A DNA stretch of 64,000 bases from Mobula hypostoma (taxonomy: Eukaryota), in the NCBI RefSeq assembly GCF_963921235.1, contig NC_086097.1, positions 112,160,001 to 112,224,000 on the forward strand. Direction: 5' to 3'. The position numbers and the translations under genes are program-made. The notes beneath the pieces were generated by a model that saw only the letters and a program-made list of their open reading frames with translations, searched no databases and had not been told where the DNA came from. Each line of letters opens with the position of its first letter. The first letter of the stretch is position 1. Of this stretch, positions 47,745-60,750 are shown piece after piece.

Positions 47745-48633
47745 GAAGAAGATGGCGCCAGTGAATGGCGCAGCCAAAGCAACATCCTCCAGATGGTTCA
47801 CAAAACTACTTCTTTCACTTCTTTTGTCTTCTCTCTTTTTGCTCCAAATGTGGTTCTGTTACTGTTGGAGCCTATGATTTTCATTTTGAGGTGTGTGAGT
47901 GGACCAATTGAGTGATCTGGCATCTTACTATCTCTGAGGGTGTTCCAGTCGACTTCGAATGAACTGTGTGGCCTCAAAGCCAAGATGCCTGTAGCCCATG
48001 ATCGACTCCATTTCTCACCAATCTTGCCGATGAAAGAGCTGAGGAAGATTGAATTCCATCGATGTGAGTGTGGAAGACGAGTGCCATCTACCAGCCTCTC
48101 ACGCGTTGTGGTCAGATGATGTTGCCTGTGTGTGACGGTCTTTCTCTCTCTCTCTCCCTTTTGCTCGCTGCTCCCGAAGGAAGGTTCCTGCATTCGAATG
48201 GTCTCTCTCTCTCTCCCTCAATGCTGTCGGAGGATGGTACCGGACTTCTGGGTCTTGGGCAAGTTAATTGACATGGCTTGTGGATTGGCCTCTGGTTCAT
48301 GTTATGATGCGTTTCTGGTTTTTGATCGCTCCTTTTTTTGTTGCTATTTTGGGCGATTTTGAATCGGGGCGGTCGGCAGATAACAAACACTGAACTGCAC
48401 TGAAAATGCCTGGACTCTTGAGTTTGTGTTTTATATTCTGTGTTTTTCATTCTTTTTTTATTGCTGTTAGCATGATTTGTTTTTCTTCTGTGCATGGGGG
48501 AAGGGGTTTGATGTTTCTCTTTGAACTGTTTCCTTGGTTTTCCTTGTTTCATGGCTGTCTGTGGGCAAGACGAATCTCAGGATTGTAGACTGCATTTGTA
48601 CTTTGATAATACAATCTACTCTGAATCTTTGAA
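47745..48633 (+). mobile_element. Non-coding retroposon with YY1-like head and LINE-type tail
   Basis: Starts GAAGAAGATGGCGCC; ends ACGAATCTCAGGATTGTA...GTACTTTGATAATAC..TCTGAATCTTTGAA, like the Rex1-type tails. Confidence 0.55.
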
Positions 48634-49074
48634 TATGGCATCAATTTGCAAACGTATGTTCAGTTTCTCAGGTTTGCCAGAATGACAGATGGAGCTGGTG
48701 TTTAGAGAATAAGTTCGTGATGTGGGTCAATGGCCTTGACATTTCTGATTTTTATTTGAGAAACAATTCTGTTCTTTGTGCAGAGAATGCCCTTATTATG
48801 TATCACTCCAGTTGCCTGACGGCCCCTGCATTTTGCCCTGTAAATACATTTTTGGGCAGCATGTTGAACAACTCTGACAAAAATGGTACCAACAAAAAAC
48901 TGAAATAGCACAGTAGCAAGGGCTCTTCTATTGCTAAACAGCATATTTCCTCTATGGTTTAACAGGATCAGCTTGGCCCATTTTGGCAGGGCTGGGGTCT
49001 CAACAGGTTTAATCAAAGACTGATGCCACAAATTCACAATGCAATATGTTTCTACCATTCACACATTAAGGCAA

Positions 49075-49402
49075 GACCTAGATAGATTGGAAAGTGGAGA
49101 GGGTGTTTCCTTTAGTGGGGGAGTCTAAGACCAGAGGGCACAGCTTCAGAATACAAGGGTGTCCCTTTAGAACAGAGATGTGGAGGAATTTCTTTTGCCA
49201 GAGAGTGGTGAATCTGTGGATTTCAATGATACAGACAGCTGTGGAGGCCAAGTCATTGGGTATATTTAAAGTGCGGGTTGATTAAAAGGGCATCAAATGT
49301 TATGGGGAGAAAGCATGAGAATGGGGTTGAAATGGTTAACAAATCAGCCATAATGGAATGGCAGATTAGACTAATTCTGCTCCTACATCCTATAGTTTTA
49401 TA
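49075..49402 (+). mobile_element. CR1 LINE 3' fragment
   Basis: ORF 49094..49285 ERVFPLVGESKTRGHSFRI...QRVVNLW. Confidence 0.85.
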
Positions 49403-50109
49403 ATCTAGGGAGTAAATATGCACACACAGTTATCACGTGATATATTTAAAAACTGAACTTGCAAATTGTGCACAGAATTTGAGGCTTGTAACCAGAAAGA
49501 AGTGCTAGACAGCTTATTCTTATAGCTGAGTCTTTTCATTTTGAGAGTTGATGTGTAGTTTTGTGATGTCCAACTTTGTTCATCCAGAATTGGTGATGGT
49601 GAAAAACAACCATATTTATTATTCCCTAGTATAGCTGTGAATTCAAAACCTGAATTATTTTAGGTTATCAGTCGACACGGAGCCAAGGTGAAACAAATAG
49701 GTAAGGCAGAGAGATACTTCCTTTGCAATTATCATCTTGTCCTTTTTTTTAAGTGAGACAAAAAAACCCAACATCCTCTGAAATATTAATATTTCAAAGC
49801 TTTTATGGAACATACTGTGTCAGTGTTAATATTTGGTGCAATTAACCATTTTTCATAGTGTAACAGCCTTTGGTAAATTAAGGAAAAAAGATATTTGAAG
49901 AACAAGATCCAAGAACTGGCACAAATCTGTGCTGCTATCTGCTTGTGAGAGCTGGGCTACCTACAGCAGGCACATGCAGACATTGGAAAATCACCACCAA
50001 TGCTGCCAATTTCACTGGAATGATATGCGAACCAGGATCGTCTCCAGGCTAATGTTCCCAATATTGAGGTTCTTGTTACTCTCAGTCAGCAAAGATGACC
50101 AACAATAGC

Positions 50110-50882
50110 CTGTCCTCGTCCACCCAATGTTGATGAGGCTCATCAGCTCTAACTTCCTGGGGTGTTACTATTTGATAAGAACTGTCCTGGTTCCAGCAAG
50201 CAAGTACAATTGCGGAGAAAGCACAGCAGCGCCTCCACTTCCTTAGGAGTTTGAGGAGATTCAGCAAGACATCTAAAACTTTGACAGACTTCTACAGATG
50301 TTAGCGGAGAGTGCATTGACTGGCTGCAGCACAGCCTGGTATGGAAATACCAATGCCTTTGAGCTGAAAATCCTACAACAGCTAGGGGATACAGCCCAGT
50401 CCATCATGAGTAAAGCACACCCCACCATTGAGCACATTGACATGAAATACTGTCGAAGGAAAGCAGCATCCGTCGTCAGAGATCCCCACCGCGCAGGTCA
50501 TACTCTGAAGGTACAAGAGCCTCAGGACTCACACCGTTAGGTTCAAGAACAGCTACCACCCCTCAACCATGAGGTTCTTGAACAAAGGAGGTTAAACATC
50601 TATACTCAACTTCACTTGCCCCATCATTGAAATGTTCCTACAACCAATGATCTCTCTTTCAAGGACTCTTTATCTCATTATTTCATGTTCTTGTTATTTA
50701 TTGCTAATTGTTTCATATTTGCATTTTCAAAGTTTGTTGTCTTCTGCAATCTAGTTGATCTTTCATTGATCCTGTTATAGTTGCTATTCTATAGATTTGC
50801 TGAGTATGCCCACAGGAAAGTGAATCCCAGGGTTGTATATGGTGACATATATGTAGTCTGATAATAAATTTACTTTGAACTT
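50110..50882 (+). mobile_element. Rex1/Babar-like LINE 3' fragment
   Basis: KAQQRLHFLRSLRRF, ESALTGCSTAWYGN; tail ATAATAAATTTACTTTGAACTTT. Confidence 0.8.
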
Positions 50883-52257
50883 TTGTTTTCCTGCGTTGCA
50901 CTTTCTCTTTAGCCTTTACTGTTTATTCTGCGTTGTTACTATTTTACCTTATTTTACCTGAATGCACTGTGTATTAATTTGATCTTTACGAAAAGAATGC
51001 AAAACAAGCTTTTCACTGTACCTTGGTACATATGGCAATACAATGGGTGAGTCATATGATTTGCATACCTGTCACCAAACTTCCAAAATAAATACTTCAT
51101 GACAGGCTCCGTCATGGAAGGAGATTACCAGGAAAAGAGAATAAGAGATTCATGGATGTGGTCCTTGAAGAAGAGTAACATCCCCATTAGCTCGTAGGAA
51201 CCTTGGAAGCATGACCATTCAAAATGAACAAAGAACTTTAAGACCATGCATTGGATGTATGCAGAAGTCCCGCGTAAGCAGCAGAGGAGAGCACCACCTC
51301 ACAAGCTCCTCACCCACCTGCTCTGCTAGTCATGTCCTGCCTCAATATACCTTCAGTTCCCATGATGGTGACATCAACCAATTCAGAACCAACAAGTACA
51401 GGAGTTCACGCAGGTAATCTGCAACCCCAAGGAACTGCCTAAGAATACGGGGAATATATAAGTCTTTTGGGATGCAAGTTGGGTCAGTGTATAACCTTCA
51501 TCTCACTGTCAAAACTCATAGGCTGAATGCCTTTCCCTGCTGTAACCTGGATAGATATTTGAGAGAGAGAACAACCTGCAAATGTAAAACTCTGTCCACG
51601 TTATACCGTTGCCGTTGGAGAATCCAGAAAAACACAGCCTGATAGTTCAGTATGTTAAGAACTCTTTTTTTTCATTTGGATTGCATTTTAAGTAAGACAT
51701 GCTTGTTGTTTGCTGTCATGTACTGTAGTCTGATTATATTTATATTATATCTGCTTTGCAAGTGAATTAGTGAAGGATTTACATTATCATAAAGTGTGCA
51801 GAGAAATGCTGCATGCAACCTATATTACAGAATATTTTATTATTCATGAGATGACAACATCTCATTCTGCAGATTTTCTGTACAATCTTTAGCAAAATTG
51901 GAACAGCTTCTTCATGAAACCCAGCTTAAAGAGTGCTAATTTCCTGTACAATTTATTCTGCTGATTTAACAGGTCTTGTAGAAAACAAGATCCTGAATTT
52001 CATGTCATGCCCCAAAAGTCACCATAATCTGTTCAAAAGTAAAGTGGACACAGTTCCAAAGTAATGCACCATCTTCATGCCTCTCAGAAATTTTACCGGA
52101 AAGTGTAGGATTGACAAATCTATCAGCAAATGAGAGAAATATGTCATATATTTCCCAAAATATTCACCAAGTAAAGATGATGTTTAAGTGTCTGGCATCT
52201 ATCATTGTTCAAAGATCACGGAGCAGCATGGTTAACACGGCTTTTAAACATGCCACA

Positions 52258-52452
52258 GGCAACTGTGGAGACTAAGTCATTGGGTACATTTAAGGCAGAG
52301 GGTGAAAGATTCTTGATTAGTCAGGGTATGAAGGGATATGGAGAGAAGGCAGGAGATTGGGGCTGATGGGAAAAATGGATCATCCATGATGAAATGACAG
52401 AGCAGACCCGATGGGCCAAATGGCCTAATTCTACTTCTATATCCTATGGTCT
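52258..52452 (+). mobile_element. CR1 3' end
   Basis: AAGTCATTGGGTACATTTAAGGCAGAG...ATGGGCCAAATGGCCTAATTCT..TATGGTCT. Confidence 0.8.
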
Positions 52453-52544
52453 TTCCTGCTTTCTTTTCCATGTGGCTAGCCTCCACAGACCTGCAAATTT
52501 GATGGGTGGGCAACACTCACAAGGCCAACTATCAATTATCACCG

Positions 52545-53048
52545 CTTGGTAGGGCATCTACTTTGCCCCAAACCACAAGAAACTGCAGAAAATTCTGGGG
52601 ACAGCTCAGCACATCACACAAACCAGCCTCTTCTACATGGACTCTGTCTACACACCTGGCTGGCTTGGTAAAGCATCCAATATAATCAAAGATCCAACTC
52701 ATTCTGGAATTTCTCTCTTCTTCCCCCTCCAATCAGGTAGGAGATACAAAATCCTGAATTCATGTAACACGAGACTCAAAGGCAACTTCTATCCCACTTT
52801 GATAAGACTATTTACTGGTCTCCTAATACGACAAGATGGATTCTTGACATCACAGTCCACCTCATTACAGTCTTGCGTGTTATTCTCTGCTTGCACTGCA
52901 GTTTCTCTGTAACTGTAGCATTCTGTTATTGCTTTTCCTTGTACTCCCTCAATGCACTGTTGTAATGAAATGGTATGTATGGATGGCATGCACAGCACAT
53001 TTTTCACTGTGCTTTGGTACATGTGACAATAATAAACCAATTTATCAA
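52545..53048 (+). mobile_element. Rex1/Babar-like LINE 3' fragment
   Basis: KASNIIKDPTHSG..LF..LQSGRRY in ORF 52637..52912; related remnant on the minus strand at ~57065-57395 (KDPTHSDHGQFVPLLSGRR). Confidence 0.75.
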
Positions 53049-53111
53049 TTTTTTGTGCCTTTCAAAATGAGGACGCCATCACATCTAAGTCAGATATCAT
53101 CCTGATTTTGA

Positions 53112-53275
53112 CCTGTCAGCTTGTACTCCTGCCATTTCCCCCACCTTCATATTTTGGCTTCTTTCCCCCTCCTTTCCTGTCCTGATGAAGGGACACGGCC
53201 AGAAACATCAGCAGTTTATTCTCCTCCATAGATGCTGCCTGACACGCTGAGTTCCTCTAGAATTTTGTGTGTTGC
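53112..53275 (+). mobile_element. Penelope-like 3' terminal fragment with hammerhead-like motif
   Basis: GTCCTGATGAAGGGACACGGCCAGAAACATC at 53179-53209. Confidence 0.75.
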
Positions 53276-53384
53276 AATGAATGAAAGTGGGGTTCATTAT
53301 CATTGTGCAGAATCCATGGAGCGTACACTGGTCAGTAAAAAGGAATAATTTAAATTACAGTGATACTTAGTGGTAAAAGTGGGC

Positions 53385-53816
53385 GGGTATGGTAGTGTAC
53401 TGGTTAGCACAATGCTTTAGCACAGTGACCACTGTGAATTTAGCTTCAATTCCCATCGCTATCTGTAAGGAGTTTGTACATTCTCCCTGTGATTGCATGG
53501 GTTTCCTCCCACAGTCCAAAGACATACTGGTTGGTAGGTTAATTGGTCATAGTAAATTTTTCCATGATTAGGCAAACACGAGGAAATCTGCAGATGCTGG
53601 AATTTCAAGCAACACACATAAAAATTGCGGTGAATGCAGCAGGCCAGGCAGCATCTATAGGAAGAGGTACAGTCGACGTTTCGGGCTGAGACCTGACGTT
53701 CACCAGCAATTTTTATGTGTGTTGTTCCATGATTAGGCTAGGATTAAATCCAGGATTCTTGGGCAGCATGGCTCAAAGGACCAGAAGGGACAACTCTGCA
53801 CTGTATCTCAATAAAT
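53385..53816 (+). mobile_element. V-domain SINE interrupted by a fold-back Penelope insertion (53574-53724)
   Basis: Colinear with 40935-41226; insert flanked by TTCCATGATTAGGC at 53560-53573 and 53725-53738. Confidence 0.85.
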
Positions 53817-55188
53817 GTCACAATTCCTTTATCACTGATGATCAAATTCATGGAAATCCCTGCCTAAAAGCATCATCAAAGCAGCTTCTTGGATGGCAAT
53901 GATTCAGGAAAAAGTCCTTCTTCACATCTCAGTTAAGAAAATTTGAAGGATAAATATTACTATTGATTTTGGAAATACCCTATGTTATTAATAAGTTACA
54001 TCAATATTGCACTGAATAGTTAGGTTTGCTACATTCACATAGACCCATAAACATTTAGATCACAGAAGGAAGTTTTTTGTTCTCTTGATTCTTTCAAGGA
54101 GCATTTGGGTTTATTTCCATATTCACACCTTTTGCTCAAATCTTTACAAGTTCATCAACAACAAATACCTGACCAATTATTTTTGTAGACAATTCTTGCT
54201 GTATCTATGTTCTATGGTTACTAACCTGCTCAGAACAGGGAATAGCCATTTTAATCCTATGTTCCATGTTGGAAAATATTCTAATGCCAAGAAATATGTA
54301 TCATCTAATGAAATGGTTCAAACGTTGGATAATCTTGAACCCTCAGAGACCATGGACAGCTACAAATTGATAACAGAGTCAGAAGTCAGGTGAACTCATT
54401 GTCTCCTTGAGAAAATGTCTAATCATTACAACTTCAGCACTTCCTTAAAGCAGATGACAAGACTGTTGGTAGCTTAACTGATGAATAGGTTTAGTTAAAG
54501 TTATGAAATACAAGCTGTCCCCAGGTTACAGACTCCCAATATATGGGCACCTGTACGTGAAGATGAGATCCCATATTATTAAATTCAAAAGTATAACATT
54601 ATATATATATATTAACTGAGGCTGAGGCTGTGGCCTGCTCCAGCTGCTCCAGGCTCAAAAAAAAACCTCCAAAATATCTGCAGGTTCTGGAAAGGTGAAA
54701 TAAAAACAGAATACACCAGAAAGATATATCAATCAAACAAATCTTTAAAAGGTGAATGGGAGTTAATGTTTCAGGTCGATGGCCCTTCATCTATGATTTA
54801 AAACATGACCACCTCTTTCGTCTCTTTAGCACTCAACAGACAGAAAGGTCAATGATTAAGGTAATAAGGCAACATTGATGGGCAAAGATTGGCTCAGAGA
54901 ACTGAAGCTAGACTGGAAAGGATGAATGTATCAAAATCACATATATACCTTTAGCTAACTATGGAGTAAAGTTCTGGGAATCCTAAATGGCTTTTATTGT
55001 CCATATCTGTACTGAGCCAAAGGTAGGTGTTCCAACTGCATTGAAGGACTGCATGCAGAGAGAGTCAGGTAAGTTAGGATGAACTGGTGTTCTAGCTAAG
55101 ACAAGTCCAGACTCTGTTGGGTAATGCCAATTGTAGCCATACTGTCTGACTATCTAGATGACATTGAACCAGGCATCTGATGATGAAT

Positions 55189-55368
55189 CACAAACAAGAG
55201 AAAATCTGCAGATGCTGGAAATCCAAGCAACACACACAAAATGCTGGAGGAACTCAGCAGGTCAGGCAGCATCTATGGAAAAGAATGGAAAAGTCGCGAT
55301 GGAAGGTCTTGGCCCGAATTGTCGACTGTTTACTCTTTTCCATAGATACTGCTTAGCCTGCTGAGTTA
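55189..55368. mobile_element. Fold-back Penelope-like terminal insertion with 9-bp TSD
   Basis: AACTCAGCAGGTCAGGCAGCATCTATGGAAAAGA is inverted against TCTTTTCCATAGATACTGCTTAGCCTGCTGAGTT; ATGATGAAT at 55180-55188 and 55369-55377. Confidence 0.82.
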
Positions 55369-58300
55369 ATGATGAATAGTACCCATGAATCTCTTCAAAA
55401 TTATCCACAGTTTGCAGGAGACAATGTTTTCATCAAATTAGACCTGTAAGGTGCATGTGTTCTGACGAAGAAAGTCAGCAATAGTTCACAATAGCCACAG
55501 GTCTCTATACACACACAATATTATTCACAGTATGGAATATTACAATGTATTAGATATGGGTGAAGGTCTATTTGTTCAATATTTTATGCCAATAGTTACA
55601 AGTATAAAAGTAGAAAGTCTTTGATTATTAGAAAAAAAGTGCTTATGTGGCTATATGAATATAATGCAAAACTCAAATGAAATGCGTGGACATTCCTATG
55701 GAAAGAAGTAGTTTATCCAGGACTAAAAGTAATTGCAATTGGATTGCAAGAGTCAAAGAAAAGGAAAAGAAATTATGAAGGCCAAGGAATCTGAAAACAG
55801 TTAAGGTTGCAGAGCCAAGCTAGCAAAGTCACCTTTAAAGAATTGGAAATGGCGAACGAGACAATTCCAAAGGTAACAAGTTTCCTCATTTAACAGAGGA
55901 ATATCAATTAACAAAAATTTTAATTAACTACAGTAAAATGCCAAACTTCATAATGGTGAATATTCCCACTGAGTTATTATTGTGTAGAAGATTCAGAATA
56001 CAATTGAAATTGGTTAAATCTAGAAGGGAGATTGGAAGAGAAGTAGTTAAAACAGAAAATAAATTATTATTCAAGCTGTGAGGAGAGATATTTTCAATAA
56101 TAGAGTTTTTGTACTAATGACATGTTACAGTTTTGGCATTCAAAAGGGATTTGGAAGAAGGATGTACAAAATGATAACTTTTGAAATTAGACAACAGAAT
56201 CAAACTGTACATATAAATCACTTAATTCCTGTCAGAGGTATGGGATCAAGTATGATCAGGTTAATGTTATGATGAGTGGATTCCAGAAGTCGATGCAGTT
56301 GAGACCATGGACAAAATCACATTAGATTCAACCAAGTGAATTAAAAGGCAGGTCACATGTTCATTTGAGAGATCAAAAACGATCAGAAGATCTGCAGAGA
56401 TTAAATTTGCAAATTCTGTGAGTTTGTGAAAAATTTTTCGAAAAGGGGAAGTGGCATAATATATGTTGAAATGTGACAAACGTGTGACTGAAGTGCACAT
56501 GCGCAGAATGGCTGGAAGGAGTGTAATAAACAATGTTCATGTGTTTAAGAATTCTCCATCCCTTTTACTGATTCATCATAATCCTGACATGATATTCAGT
56601 GAGAATAAAAACCCACAAATGCTTAACACAGAACACAGTAAAATTGGTTCCAGATTTCCTGGAGCTACGAAGCTGAAGTTCAGACAAGATTCCTGTTACT
56701 GTGTGTTGTTTGATGAACACTGCTGCTAACCATACATGGATGTTGGGTGTGGGAGATTCTCAGATGGGTACATGGCACACACATACTAAGCTCATATACA
56801 GTATAAAGAATACCTTAGCTGTTCATACCTGCAAAACTATTGACCAGTGAGAAATTGTGCTTCTTAGGAAAAATAAATGTTTGGCTGCAGACCTAACATT
56901 GTTCAGTGATATTGCACATGGCTCATGTCACACTCCATATCTTTCTGACACTGATGAAGGAACACAGTAATTGGAAAATAGTCTAATGTGTAATTTGCCA
57001 ATATAGAAACAGGTCCTTTAGCCCATTCTAGTTCATACTGAACCAGATCTCATCAAAATGCTGCTGGCTGACTTCAAGATTGTTTAATGTGTAAAGAACC
57101 ACAAAAAAATCAAATGAATACGTAAAATAGCTTATATATATAGATTGACTGTATGCCCATAAAGTGGCGCTAGGCACAGGAGTTTCTGTACATATGGTGA
57201 CTGGCGGGAAATGACAAAGTAGTGGTGTTTGGGCTGTGGAGGTGCTGATCAGTCTTACTGCTTGGAGAAAGTAACTCTTTTTGAGTCTAGTGATCCTGGT
57301 GTGGATGCTACGAGGCCTCCTCCCTGATAGGAGTGGGACAAACTGTCCATGATCAGAGTGGGTGGGATCCTTCATGACGCTACTGGCCCTTTTTCAGATG
57401 CAAATAAAACCTTTTATATCTCTAAGAATGTAATGGCAAATGTTCGCTAAAACTGTGTCTATACTGATTTCTCATGGGATAACTGCCAGGATCAACAACA
57501 TAGTCATAGTCATAGTAAATCATGAAGAATTATTAAAATGTTTTAAGTTTTAATACTAAATCTCTTTTAAAACTACATTCAAAGTAAAGACACAGAATTT
57601 CACAGCTCAGAGGGGCAATCTGGGCTATCACATTCCTGTCAGTTCTTTGAAAGACTCATCTACTCACCTGCTTCCCACTGTTCCAATGTTTTCTTCCCTC
57701 CCATTTGAAGGCTATGCAGTCTACTTAATCTGGTAATTAAGCATAGTTCACTTTTTGTGTTAAGAACTTCATGATGTCAATCCAAAATTTCTTTTAACTA
57801 ATTTGGATATGTGGCTCTCTTGTCAGGTTGCACTATTTTCTGAATTAATGGCAACCATAGCATGTGGTATCCTATTTTTTTTACACTATATTACCTATCA
57901 GATGCACCTTTCAAGACAGAGATCTAACTTTTTCTGCTTTTACCTGCTAGAAGCATGAAAATAATTTAATTTTGCGTCTCTTCTTTGCCCTCAGCCTTGT
58001 CTCCCTTATGTTTAATGGCCAGAAATAGCCCAGAACTTGAAGCTGGCCTGACTAAATTCTGTTAATAACTTCCTGTAATTTACGTTCCATTGCTCGGACC
58101 GCCCATTGTTGATTACCAATCACATTCAGAAGATGTGTAGCTCGGGTGGTTGTTGGTTGGGTTGAGTTGTTCTCCAATCTTGGTAAATTGCCAAGACCAG
58201 AGAGCAACTCAGCCCAACCATTAATCACATGTTAAATCTGGGTGTACCAAAGCTATAGGAGACATTGTTACAGTACTTGGTCTTCCTTCTGACACAGGCA

Positions 58301-58859
58301 ATGTTTCTCTTTTAACGTTTTGCACTTGCCTGGTGTAAATCTGAATGGTAGTGCCAGTTGCTTCAGAGGGAAAAATCAAAAAAGCACATCGTCATTCAAA
58401 AGGTGGTCGAATGACATGGTCCTCATGTAGGTAAACGGGATTAGCGTATGGTTGGCAAGGATGTGGTGGCTTGAATGGTATGTTTCTGTGCCTGTATCAT
58501 TCTGCGACTTTGAATATGGAGTGTTCTCTGAAGGTCAATTAATCATTTAAAAACTGAGACTGGCAAACTTTTCCAAGCTATAGGTATGAAAGCAACAGCA
58601 CATGGCACATGCCTCTGAAATTATATCGAGTCTACTTCATGTTTTGTTCCAGCCATCTCTGGAGCCTGTAATACTGTCACCAGGGATGGGGGAATTTCTA
58701 CTGTTTTTGCCCCTTCTGAGCTGATTAATGATTCCTTCAATCTTTCATTACACATTTTCTTTTAAAATCCTTATTTATATCTACACAACATGGCCTTCAG
58801 AAGCAGGGCTGTCCAATGAAAGAATAGCTTTAAGGTTTAGAAAATTGAATCAAAAGGTT

Positions 58860-59110
58860 AAATGTTATCTAAATGGAGAGAGATTGCAAATGAGTTAAGT
58901 GCAGATGGATTAAGATGTTCTTGCACATGGATCACACAAAAAATAGCAAGTAGGTGCACAGCAAATAGTTAAGAAGGCAAATGGTACATTGACCTTTATT
59001 GCAATGCAGTTGGAGGTTAGAAACAGGGAAGTATTGTTACAATTCTACAAGATACTGGTAAGGTTACACCTGAGTACTGTACAAGATATTAGGCCCCCTT
59101 AGAAGGATAT
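58860..59110 (+). mobile_element. Degraded CR1 ORF2 fragment
   Basis: KKANGTLTFIA..LE.RNREVLLQFYKILVRLHL remnant. Confidence 0.75.
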
Positions 59111-60462
59111 TGTGCACATACTGGAGGAACTCGGCATGTCAGGCAACATCTATTGAGAGAAATGAACAGTTGCTGTTTCAGTTTTGATGAAGAGTCTTTG
59201 ACTGAAATATCAACTGTTTATTTCCCCCCATAGATGCTACCTCATCTCTCAGCCGAGGAAGGAGAGAAGCATGGTCAGCACAAGTTATAAAGAACTACCT
59301 GACTGACAGGTGCTTCTGCTCAGGTACCAGTCACTGCTTGGTGAAGTTTACTCATCTCTGCTCTGAACTGAGGCTGTGGCCTGAAACCAATTTACTTTTT
59401 GTGAGTTTCAGTTCTGAATGCTGTTTGCTTACTTTTATTGTTTGCATGATTTGTTTTTTTTTCTCTCTGAACATTGGACGTTCAGCTGTCTTCTGTTTTA
59501 ATGTGTTCTATTTAGTTTCCTTGTTCTGTGGTTGCCTGTAAAGAGATGAATCTCAAGGTTGTATAAAGTATACATATTTTGATAATAAATATACATTACA
59601 CTTAGAAATTGGCATTTTGTGATCTAATTTCTAGTCTTAAATATCTCTGGTAGGTCTAAATCAAAGGCAAAGCCACTCCAAGGGAATGAGGGTGGTATGG
59701 GAGAAGTGCAATTTGTATTGATTCTGTGGACATAAAAAATAGGGCATCTAATTCAGCCTTTAATGATTGTAACATAAGATGCTGTGGAAACTTGGGTTTA
59801 GTTGGTTTGCAGGGAAAGTTGCTCTGTGTGGTACTTTAAGCATAGATTTGCAACACAGCTGACAACCATTTGGCTACAAATTGTGGCAGCAGGTGGTTAT
59901 AAAGCTGGCATGTTTTATGCAATTTGGCATGATAACTTAAGTCTGGTCAACTGCCAAAAACTACTGTCTGTCAACTTGTTCCCTGCTTCTTGCTTCCCAT
60001 CTTTCAGTAAGTCAATACTCCAAAATGCAACATACTTTTGGAGGCCTTATCACACTCACATCAAAGGATATAACACCTTAAAACTTGATACATAGCCAAA
60101 TGGATTGCAGGCTGTGCTCATATTTGTCAATGCATTTTCTCCCTCAATGTCTGACATACCAAGTTCTTTCCTGCTCATTATCATAACCTCCTGAAGCCCT
60201 GCAATCTTCAGAGAACATCACATTTGCCAAAGTAGGACAGACAAAATTCTACACTCTTTTCCCTCTCACTATGTTTGGGCCTTTAGCTGTCTTTATTCAC
60301 GATGACTATCTTGTCCTATTTACCCTGAGAAAATGGTGATGAACCTTCTAGAACTGCTTTTAGGAGTTCAACACAAAACAATATGGCTTTGTGGTCTAGT
60401 TAGAGGAACTAAGTGTGTATCATTTTCATCAGGGATAGAATCACATAGAGTTCAAAGATGTC

Positions 60463-60636
60463 TGTGTGTCTATATGTGTGCGTGTGTGTGTGTGTATATA
60501 TATATATATATGTCTGACCTGTCCGAACCATCTGAGCCACCTCTGGCTGATGAGGGCAAAAATGCTGGAGATACTTCCACTTTGTTAGACCTCTGTATTC
60601 ATGGCTCTGTCCTGCCAAAGTTTTTGTGTGTGTGCA

Positions 60637-60672
<36 letters not shown>

Positions 60673-60750
60673 GCGTGTGTGTGTGTTGCGTGTGTGTGTG
60701 TGCGTGTGTGTTCAATATAATTTATATATATATGTGTGTGTGTGTGTGTA
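60463..60750 (+). repeat. (TG)n/(TA)n microsatellite cluster
   Basis: Direct reading: 60463-60511 and 60625-60750. Confidence 0.95.

Noticed and set aside
57939..58062. Possible minus-strand exon ending in CAG|GTAA
   Set aside because: No recognisable RIM peptide, stop codons in the AT-rich part, and no convincing acceptor.
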